Assembly (NCBI GenBank): GCA_003229755.1
Contig: QIFJ01000285.1
Location: 1 to 25,771 of the forward strand
Direction of reading: 5' to 3'
DNA: 25,771 bases
DNA from: Pseudomonadota bacterium
GTDB lineage: Bacteria > BMS3Abin14
Shown: piece after piece, positions 19,122-25,771 of the stretch
Numbering within the stretch: position 1 is the stretch's first letter
Layout of the letters: every line of letters begins with the position of its first letter
The notes under the pieces: model-generated
What the model saw: the letters and a program-made list of their open reading frames with translations, nothing else
The model's database searches: none
What the model was told of the DNA's origin: nothing
Program-made: the position numbers and the translations under genes

Positions 19122-20324
19122 ATGGAAACCACCTACAGACGTCCAGCATTTAATACCCTCATGACCCGATTAAAGGAGCCGCGCAAATTCATTCAGGTTC
19201 TGGCTGGTCCTCGGCAAACCGGCAAAACCACTCTTGCACAACAGGTCATGAAGGCTATCAATATGGCCTCTCTTATGCAAACAGCTGATTCACCCACATT
19301 GAGGGACAGCGTATGGATCGAACAGGTATGGAATAATGCTCGCAGACAGACAAGACTCGAGGGAAAGCGAAGGGAATTTCTCCTTGTGCTAGACGAGGTT
19401 CAAAAGGTGCCGGGATGGCAAGAGACTGTTAAGCGGCTGTGGGATGAAGATTCAGCAGAAGGCATTCCTGTTAAAGCCGTTATCCTGGGCTCTTCTCCGT
19501 TATTAATGCAGAAGGGCCTTACTGAGAGCCTGGCAGGCCGGTTTGAGCTTATCCATATCACACACTGGCTTTACACAGAGATGAAAAAAGCTTTCGGGTG
19601 GGATTTAGAACAATACCTGTTCTTTGGAGGGTATCCGGGTGCCGCACTGTTAATAGAGGATCAAATAAGGTGGTCTGATTATATTAATGACTCTCTGGTT
19701 GAGACAACTATTTCGAGAGATATTTTTCTTATGACCAATATCCAGAAGCCAGCCCTCTTAAGGAGGCTCTTCCAGTTAGGCTGCGATTACTCTGGGCAAA
19801 TTCTTTCTTACAACAAAATGCTCGGACAGCTCCAAGATGCCGGCAACACTACGACTTTGGCAGAGTACCTTAAGCTATTATCGGGAGCTGGAATGCTTAC
19901 AGGCATTGAAAAATACTCTGGGAGCCAAGTCCGCCGAAGAGCTTCGAGCCCAAAGCTTAATGTGCTTAATACATCTTTTATTACATCTCAGAATATCCAT
20001 TCAATTGATGTAGCACAGAACGATCCGGCATTCTGGGGCCGACTGGTTGAGTCGGCTATTGGTGCACACTTGATAAATTCCTCTATGCACTCCAAGGTCG
20101 AAGTTTTTTACTGGCGAGACAGGAATAAAGAAGTAGATTTTGTGCTTCGCTTAGGGGATCGTTTAGCGGCTATTGAAGTTAAAAGCGGAAGGAACAAAGG
20201 TATCTTGCCGGGAATGGAAGTATTTAATAAGAAATTTGCTCCCGTTGTAAAGCTTCTTGTAGGCGAAGGGGGTGTTTCAATAAAGGAGTTTCTCAGCAGG
20301 CCTGCATCTCATTGGTTGGAGTAG
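19122..20324 (+). CDS. AAA+ ATPase (AAA_14-like) with a C-terminal DUF4143/PD-(D/E)xK-like domain
   Basis: Walker A GPRQTGKTT, Walker B LVLDEVQ, ILGSS, ESLAGR, FGGYPG, C-terminal GRLVES...YWRD...EVDFVL...AIEVKSG. Confidence 0.85.
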   Translation: METTYRRPAFNTLMTRLKEPRKFIQVLAGPRQTGKTTLAQQVMKAINMASLMQTADSPTLRDSVWIEQVWNNARRQTRLEGKRREFLLVLDEVQKVPGWQETVKRLWDEDSAEGIPVKAVILGSSPLLMQKGLTESLAGRFELIHITHWLYTEMKKAFGWDLEQYLFFGGYPGAALLIEDQIRWSDYINDSLVETTISRDIFLMTNIQKPALLRRLFQLGCDYSGQILSYNKMLGQLQDAGNTTTLAEYLKLLSGAGMLTGIEKYSGSQVRRRASSPKLNVLNTSFITSQNIHSIDVAQNDPAFWGRLVESAIGAHLINSSMHSKVEVFYWRDRNKEVDFVLRLGDRLAAIEVKSGRNKGILPGMEVFNKKFAPVVKLLVGEGGVSIKEFLSRPASHWLE

Positions 20325-20362
20325 AGATATAGATTGTTAAAATGGCTGTTAAAGAGGCAAAT

Positions 20363-20755
20363 ATGAAAAATGATGAGCAAAATAGCAGAAAAGAGTACTT
20401 AAATGAGAGAGAGCTGCTTATAAAAACTGAAAATGAAATGTCTAAAAGCTTTGACAGAGCGATGATTACACTTTCTGCAGGAGCACTAGCCTCTTCCATT
20501 ACTTTCATTGACAAGCTTGTCGCTTCTATTATTGCTGGAAGGGTTTATTTAATATTGTCATGGATAGGATTTGTTGTGGCTTTGCTGTCAATATTAATTT
20601 CTTTTTTGTTGAGCCAAAGTGCATTCAGGAAGCAGAGATAAATCCTGGATCATGTATATGCTGGCGAAGGAAACCAGAGTAGGAATTGCTATTCAATAAT
20701 AACAAAAAGGAAGCCACAAACTGGAACAGGCAGGCCCAAAAAGAAATCAACCTAA
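20363..20755 (+). pseudogene. AT-rich membrane protein gene with an internal stop
   Basis: ATG 20363 has a GAGG RBS; two hydrophobic segments. TAA at 20639-20641, then the frame continues ILDHVYAGEG... to TAA 20753-20755. Confidence 0.55.
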
Positions 20756-20839
20756 GTAACAGAAGCAATTAATATAAGATCTTGGGTCGAACCTGTTAGG
20801 CAAATTACGTAATTGTGAGCATAAAAAGGTACACAGGAT

Positions 20840-21364
20840 TTGTATCTTTTTGAGGCGATCATCAGGCCGGCAAGGTGGAAGGACTTTCCCCCTGACTTCA
20901 AGATGGGGTTCAAGATGTTCCGTGCCCCGGGTCTTGGGTGGCTGCTGATCGCTGTTATGAATGTCTTCATAAACAAGCTCCTTCCGGAAGCGGTGGTCCG
21001 ATCCCTCACCGAGGAGGAAATGGGACTCTACCGGGAGCCCTTTCCCGATATCCGCAGCCGTCGGCCCATCCACCGGTGGCCCAATGAGATCCCCATAGAC
21101 GGTAAGCCTGCGGATGTCCACCAGGCCGTAACGGATTTCAGTGCGTGGCTCACACAAACAGAACTTCCGAAGCTTCTCTTTTATGCCGATCCCGGGGGCA
21201 TTATCCGTGAGAAGCAGATCGATTGGTGTCGAACCAAAATGAAGAATCTATCGACAATAGATATAGGACCCGGGATTCATTATCTTCAGGAGGACAACCC
21301 CCATCTCATCGGCGAAGAATTAGCAAGGTGGCTTAACAGGCTCACTGATCCGGGTGTTACATAA
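20840..21364 (+). pseudogene. C-terminal half of a haloalkane dehalogenase (DhaA-like alpha/beta hydrolase)
   Basis: EAIIRP, LTEEEMGLYREPF, WPNEIPIDGKPADV, LPKLLFYADPG, GPGIHYLQED. The N-terminal half with the HDWG nucleophile motif is absent. Confidence 0.85.
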
Positions 21365-21427
21365 AAAGGAAGATTGCTTCATCATTTATGATCGTTTAAA
21401 TGGCCATGGCTTTTACCAAAGACCCTC

Positions 21428-21495
21428 CTCCGTGCCTCCGTGGTGAACCCAAAGCCAAGGTTTAGCTCTGTGCTCTCAGTGACCTCTGTGGTTTA
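21428..21495. repeat. 8/9-mer arrays inverted relative to 18757-18900, right flank of the accessory segment
   Basis: CTCCGTGCCTCCGTGGTGAACC (21428-21449); CTCTGTGCTCTCAGTGACCTCTGTGG (21466-21491). Confidence 0.8.
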
Positions 21496-21511
21496 AGACC
21501 CAATAAAACCC

Positions 21512-21542
21512 TTGCACTATTAATTCATTTGACGTATATAAT
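21512..21542 (+). promoter_or_regulatory. sigma70 promoter of the cold-shock gene
   Basis: TTGCAC, 17 nt, then TATATA (TATAAT overlapping); implies a leader of about 160 nt. Confidence 0.7.
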
Positions 21543-21709
21543 CTCTCGCCGGTGGGATTTGCCACGGCGTAATCAGGTTTTGTAGGTACGGATAAGCTTT
21601 ATTGAGGATAATCTGAAGGTCCCGTGCTTTATGTTCCGGGGCCTTTTGTTTTGCGAATCAGAATCGCTGTTCCGGAAAACTACAAAGAACAGAACAAAGG
21701 AGAAGTAAA

Positions 21710-21910
21710 ATGGCAGAAGGAACAGTAAAGTGGTTTAATGAGGCAAAAGGTTTCGGATTCATCGAGCAGTCTGAAGGCCCGGACGTATTTGTTCATTTTT
21801 CGGCTATTGCGGCCGAGGGTTTCAAGACCCTGGACGAGGGTCAGCGTGTGACCTTCGATGTAGAAGACGGCCCCAAGGGTCCTCAGGCCAGCAACGTTGT
21901 TAGCCTGTAA
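21710..21910 (+). CDS. cspA: Cold-shock protein (CspA family)
   Basis: GTVKWFN, RNP1 KGFGFI, RNP2 [15 protein letters not shown]; AAGGAG RBS. The paralogue letter cannot be determined. Confidence 0.96.
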   Translation: MAEGTVKWFNEAKGFGFIEQSEGPDVFVHFSAIAAEGFKTLDEGQRVTFDVEDGPKGPQASNVVSL

Positions 21911-21929
21911 GTTAAACTACTGGTAAACC

Positions 21930-21972
21930 AAAAAAGGCTCCGCGGCATCGAATGCTTCGGAGCCTTTTTTTT
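21930..21972. terminator. Bidirectional intrinsic terminator after the csp gene
   Basis: AAAAAAGGCTCCG...CGGAGCCTTTTTTTT. Confidence 0.9.
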
Positions 21973-21979
21973 GAGTGGA

Positions 21980-22121
21980 TTTGCCGGTCAATATATAATA
22001 AATGGGTTCCGCTAAAAACCACCTCGCTTTCAGAGTCCCCCTTTAACTTCGCTTCGTGATTCACCAAAGCCCCGGCCTGATGAATACACAATAGGGATAT
22101 TCCACCAACTACTTCGGAGAT
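21980..22121 (-). repeat. Hybrid copy of the modular element (arm B, diverged core, arm A) with motif C ends
   Basis: Arm A-like TGGGTTCCGCTAAAAACC 22003-22020; core variant 22024-22055; arm B 22056-22081; motif C CCACCAACTACTTCGGAGAT 22102-22121. TTGCCGGTCAATAT near 21980 resembles 3960-3973. Confidence 0.8.
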
Positions 22122-22175
22122 GGCTCCCTTTTTCTGTTTACAGTAAGCCGATTTATCCATTATCCTTAATGGATA

Positions 22176-22397
22176 ATGGATTATTACGTTTCCCTCGCTA
22201 TCGCATTGCTGGCGCTGACATTAGGAGTGCTTTGCGCCATCTTTCCAAGATGGGTGCTCCAGGTCGTGTGCAGGCATGCTTCTGCCTACATGAAAGAAGA
22301 TCTGACCGCTGATCCCACTTATATATATATGTTCCGGTTCTACGGGCTTGCTGCCGCGGGGCTTGGTCTTTATGCTCTGTACCAGGTCCTTACATGA
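22176..22397 (+). CDS. Small two-TM membrane protein of unknown function
   Basis: 73 aa with hydrophobic N- and C-terminal segments, FP after TM1 and RFYG before TM2. Confidence 0.6.
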   Translation: MDYYVSLAIALLALTLGVLCAIFPRWVLQVVCRHASAYMKEDLTADPTYIYMFRFYGLAAAGLGLYALYQVLT

Positions 22398-22651
22398 CAG
22401 GATCAGATACGAAAATGTTAAAAAACCGACAGCGAAACCATCCCTGACTTGCAACGGTCGACATATCGTTTAAACTTATACCTAAGCCTTCTTGAAAACC
22501 TCGCAGTAATCTCACCCAATTGGAGCCTTCGCTAATTTGAACCCCGGAAGTATGGAGAGGGAGACAGCGGAACATGTGCCAGTTCCGGAAAATTGGAACT
22601 TTTCAGGAAGCTGAGAACAGAATTCCGTTTAGCGTGCGAAGGAGGTAGGTG

Positions 22652-23872
22652 ATGAAAAGAGTATTTACGGTTGCATTAATGGCAATTGTGCTGTCTATGC
22701 CCCTTGTGGCAGACAAAGCAGAGGCTGGAGCAAAGATCAAAATTAACGATAACGCGTCGATCGATCTTGGTTTCAGGCTCCAGTCCCTTTATTTGAGTAC
22801 CGATTCTGATCTGGACGACGATGGTGATTTTGAAAAGCTGGATGATTTTTTAGTCCGTCGCGCTCGTTTTCGTCTTGGCGGCAAGGTCAACGACGATGTC
22901 AGCATCTTTTTACAGACAGATTTTTCACAAGGTGCGGGGTCCGGGGGAGATGTGAGACTTATTGACGCGTTTCTCAAATATGCTCCGAGCAAGGCGGTAA
23001 GTTTCATCATCGGAGAAAATATGGCTCCGGTGACCCGCCAGAACCTTACAAGTTCCGGGGGGCTTATGGCTGTCGACCGCCCGGGGATCACTTACAAGAA
23101 CCTTACCTGGGGAACACGAGCTCTTTCAACCTTTTCGACCAAGACCTACAGCGATTCGGATACAGGATTGAGAGGCGATGTGGATGTTCGCGACCTGGGA
23201 ATAACCCTGTTTGGCAGCACTTCCTATTCGGATTCTTTGCATCTGAAATATTATCTTGGCGTATATGACGGTATTCAGAAAGCAGACACGGACAGTGAGC
23301 GTTTCGCTGCCAGGGTGCAGCTTAATTTCTACGATGCCGAACCGGGCTATTATGGTCTTTCAACCTATCTCGGCAAGAAGAAAACCATAGCTGTCGGCGC
23401 TGCGTTTGATACCCAGAACGATGTTGCCAATGATCTGGCAACCGGTACCACAGTCGATTATACGATGTTTACCGGAGATATATTTGCGGATCTCCCAATG
23501 GGAACCGGAGCCCTGACTCTGGAAGCAGCCTACCTGGACCTGGACCTTGAAGGCGCCACCCAGTTCGACTTCGACAACAATGGGACTACATCAGTAGATG
23601 CCAACCAGTCTCAGGGTAATGGATATTATATCCAGGCCGGTTATTATACCGGTAATTGGCAGCCCTGGATCGAGTTCGAAGATTGGGATGCTGATGCCTC
23701 AAACAACAAGGGCAGCTATGATTCTACTCGCTTGGGCGTTACCTACTTCATAGAGGGCCACAATGCCAACATCAAGGCAGGGTATGAATCGTTCCAGGCT
23801 GACGCGAATATCGGAGCCACCAGCGAAGATACGATAAAAACTTATGTTGTTGGTTTCTACGTGACTTATTGA
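22652..23872 (+). CDS. Outer-membrane porin, OprO/OprP (phosphate-selective porin)-like
   Basis: AAGGAGG RBS; signal peptide ending AEA; FLVRRARFRLGG, DVRLIDAF and alternating beta-strand pattern; aromatic C-terminus FYVTY. Confidence 0.8.
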   Translation: MKRVFTVALMAIVLSMPLVADKAEAGAKIKINDNASIDLGFRLQSLYLSTDSDLDDDGDFEKLDDFLVRRARFRLGGKVNDDVSIFLQTDFSQGAGSGGDVRLIDAFLKYAPSKAVSFIIGENMAPVTRQNLTSSGGLMAVDRPGITYKNLTWGTRALSTFSTKTYSDSDTGLRGDVDVRDLGITLFGSTSYSDSLHLKYYLGVYDGIQKADTDSERFAARVQLNFYDAEPGYYGLSTYLGKKKTIAVGAAFDTQNDVANDLATGTTVDYTMFTGDIFADLPMGTGALTLEAAYLDLDLEGATQFDFDNNGTTSVDANQSQGNGYYIQAGYYTGNWQPWIEFEDWDADASNNKGSYDSTRLGVTYFIEGHNANIKAGYESFQADANIGATSEDTIKTYVVGFYVTY

Positions 23873-23913
23873 TTTTCCCACCCTGGCCCAGGGATTTTGG
23901 GAAAAGAACCTGT

Positions 23914-23953
23914 AAACGGGAGCTCGCCTGAATGTAAAGGCGAGCTCCCGTTT
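23914..23953. terminator. Strong hairpin after the porin gene (probable terminator)
   Basis: Perfect 16-bp stem AAACGGGAGCTCGCCT / AGGCGAGCTCCCGTTT with an 8-nt loop; short U-tract. Confidence 0.7.
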
Positions 23954-24058
23954 CGTAGTTCGCCATAACCCCGGCTTAATATAATTAAATCTATCCAGAG
24001 TTCCAGGTCATATAAATTGGGACAAAGCCCGAAGTTCTCAGAAAAGTGTGAAATCGGG

Positions 24059-24087
24059 TTGACACGACCGAACGGTCGTGCTATTTT
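24059..24087 (+). promoter_or_regulatory. tetR promoter with a palindromic operator in the spacer
   Basis: TTGACA (24059-24064), 17 nt, TATTTT (24082-24087); palindrome CACGACCG-AA-CGGTCGTG at 24063-24080. Confidence 0.8.
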
Positions 24088-24152
24088 TGTCCGACTTCAA
24101 ATCAAAGTTGATGACTTTTTACAACCCTGCCAGAATTTTGTTGGAGAAATAT

Positions 24153-24797
24153 ATGTCAAAAGGTGAAAAAACACGGAAAAAGATCCTGGCAAAGGCCGTA
24201 AGCCTTGCAAGCGTTACGGGCCTTGAGGACCTGACCATAGGAAAACTAGCCAAGGCCACCAAGCTTTCAAAAAGTGGTCTTTTCGCCCATTTCAACTCCA
24301 AAAAGAGCCTTCAGGAGCAGGTAATAAAGACCGTTTCAGAGCTCTTTATGAATGAGGTTATAAACCCCGCTATCAAGGAACCGAGAGGAGTTCCAAGAAT
24401 TCGAGCGATCTTTCGAAACTGGAAAGAGTGGATAGACGGTGGATCAGTTCCGGGAGGTTGTCTTACTATCGCCAGCGCGCTGGAATTCGATGATCGCCCC
24501 GGAACTGTTAGGGAAAAGGTCGTTGAAATGGTTCAGGACCTCCTTGATATGCTTTCCAAAGCCGCCCGCATTGCTGTCTATGAAGGACACTTCAACCAGA
24601 AGACTGACTTCAGGCAGTTCGCGTATGAGTTCGTCTCTCTTATATGCGGATACCATATGCACAGCAGGCTGCTCCATGATCCTAAATCAGAGGAGCGGTC
24701 AGAAAAGGCGCTTGATAGGCTTATCGCCGAATACGGTTCAGGGGAAACAGGTGAGACGAAACGGTCTGAAGGCGGACGGAAGGATGACGGCCGATAA
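24153..24797 (+). CDS. TetR/AcrR family transcriptional regulator
   Basis: KGEKTRKKIL...GLEDLTIGKLAKATKLSKSGLFAHFNSK helix-turn-helix, and GGC in the C-domain. GGAG RBS before ATG 24153. Confidence 0.92.
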   Translation: MSKGEKTRKKILAKAVSLASVTGLEDLTIGKLAKATKLSKSGLFAHFNSKKSLQEQVIKTVSELFMNEVINPAIKEPRGVPRIRAIFRNWKEWIDGGSVPGGCLTIASALEFDDRPGTVREKVVEMVQDLLDMLSKAARIAVYEGHFNQKTDFRQFAYEFVSLICGYHMHSRLLHDPKSEERSEKALDRLIAEYGSGETGETKRSEGGRKDDGR

Positions 24798-24860
24798 ATT
24801 AAATTACCGGCAGCTCAATGAGGCAAGCAGCTGCCTGGCAGAACAATGGAGGAAACAGTC

Positions 24861-25073
24861 ATGCAGACGACAAACGCTATTATGGAAACCTATGAAAGAG
24901 CAAGCGAAAGCGAGCGGTGTGAAATGTGGCTGGCCTACCGCGGGTTGCGACCCCAGTTCGAGGCCATCGAGCTCACAGGAAGAAAGGAGGGGGAATACAC
25001 AGGATCCCGATTCCTGGCCAGATTTTACAGAAACTGCCGCCGCCTGGTTCAGCTCAGCCCGGCAATGAGATAG
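24861..25073 (+). CDS. Small hypothetical protein (70 aa)
   Basis: GGAGG RBS 8 nt before ATG 24861; co-oriented between tetR and the PLP enzyme gene. Confidence 0.55.
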   Translation: MQTTNAIMETYERASESERCEMWLAYRGLRPQFEAIELTGRKEGEYTGSRFLARFYRNCRRLVQLSPAMR

Positions 25074-25200
25074 CCGGTTGTAAACATCCCTTCCCTGAAA
25101 TAGAATCTGAATAGACACATTTTACCAGAGAACGGCTGCACCGCTCCCGAATCTCCGGATATCCTTACAGCTATCCGGAACCTGTGCCCCGGAGGAGAAA

Positions 25201-25771
25201 ATGGGTCTCGATTGCAGGAAAGACTTCAACCTGCCGGACGACCGAATCTGGATGAACTGCGCCCACCAGGGACCCCTGCCCCGGGTTGCGGCGCAGGAAG
25301 CCAGGGAGGCGATCGAATGGAAGTCCGCGCCCCACCAGTTATCGACCAGGAGGTTCAACGAGGTCCCTGAACGGCTCAGGTCGGCCCTTTCCCGGCTGGT
25401 GGGCTGCGATGACGATGAGATAATACTGGCAAACAGCGCTTCCTACGGCATTCACCTGCTGGCAAACGGAATTCCATTGACTGCAGGAGATGAGGTCCTC
25501 CTGGTGAGGGATGACTTCCCCTCTGATATCCTGCCCTGGCTCGGATTGGAAAAGAGGGGAATTCGTGTCCGGTTCATTGAGCCCGCCCATAATATGCCCA
25601 CTGCCGAGGAGCTTAAGGCTGCCATAACACCGTCTACCCGGATATTCTGCAGTACATGGGCGCACTCGTTTTCCGGCGTTGTAATTGACATTGAAGATCT
25701 GGGGGCAGTCTGCAGGGAAAACGATGTCCTGTTCCTGGTTAACGGATCCCAGGCCATCGGGGCCCGCCCCA
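25201..25771 (+). CDS. Aminotransferase class V-fold PLP-dependent enzyme (cysteine desulfurase/lyase-like), partial at the window end
   Basis: GGAGGAG RBS. Hand translation: MGLDCRKDF...IWMNCAHQGPLP...EIILANSASYG...GDEVLLVRDDFPSDILPW...LFLVNGSQAIG. No stop within the window. Confidence 0.88.
   Translation, partial: MGLDCRKDFNLPDDRIWMNCAHQGPLPRVAAQEAREAIEWKSAPHQLSTRRFNEVPERLRSALSRLVGCDDDEIILANSASYGIHLLANGIPLTAGDEVLLVRDDFPSDILPWLGLEKRGIRVRFIEPAHNMPTAEELKAAITPSTRIFCSTWAHSFSGVVIDIEDLGAVCRENDVLFLVNGSQAIGARP

Noticed and set aside
22548-22610. GGAGAG...CTTTTCAGG resembling glycine riboswitch ends, and palindrome AGTTCC-N8-GGAACT before the porin gene
   Set aside because: The central CCGAAG/GCAA elements of the glycine aptamer are missing, and the 6-bp palindrome is too short to call alone.

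Overview
Chromosomal replication-origin region of a bacterium. Gene order and protein style suggest a deltaproteobacteria-like lineage (inference). The minus strand carries rpmH-rnpA-yidD-yidC-mnmE-mnmG-rsmG. The plus strand carries dnaA-(oriC)-dnaN-recF-gyrB-gyrA and a TPR lipoprotein. An accessory stretch follows: AAA+/DUF4143-like ATPase, broken membrane protein gene, half of a haloalkane dehalogenase, cold-shock protein, small membrane protein, OprO/P-like porin, TetR regulator, small ORF and a class V PLP enzyme running off the window end. rpmH (44 aa) and the PLP enzyme are missing from the ORF track and were read from the sequence. A parS site, DnaA boxes on both sides of dnaA and a DnaA-trio unwinding element are visible. 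The intergenic DNA is heavily invaded by short repeats: a modular hairpin element with a conserved core and interchangeable arms (5 loci), a second hairpin family, and many 7-9-mer tandem arrays. Most notable oddities: a probable 5-bp-duplication frameshift in rsmG, a 53-aa histone-H1-like basic extension on GyrB, an rnpA frame open across rpmH, a GC-rich structured segment in the dnaA leader, a tandem double palindrome before the ATPase, and an Asp-to-Asn change in the PLP-binding motif of the last gene. All protein assignments are from motif recognition only; no database search was run.
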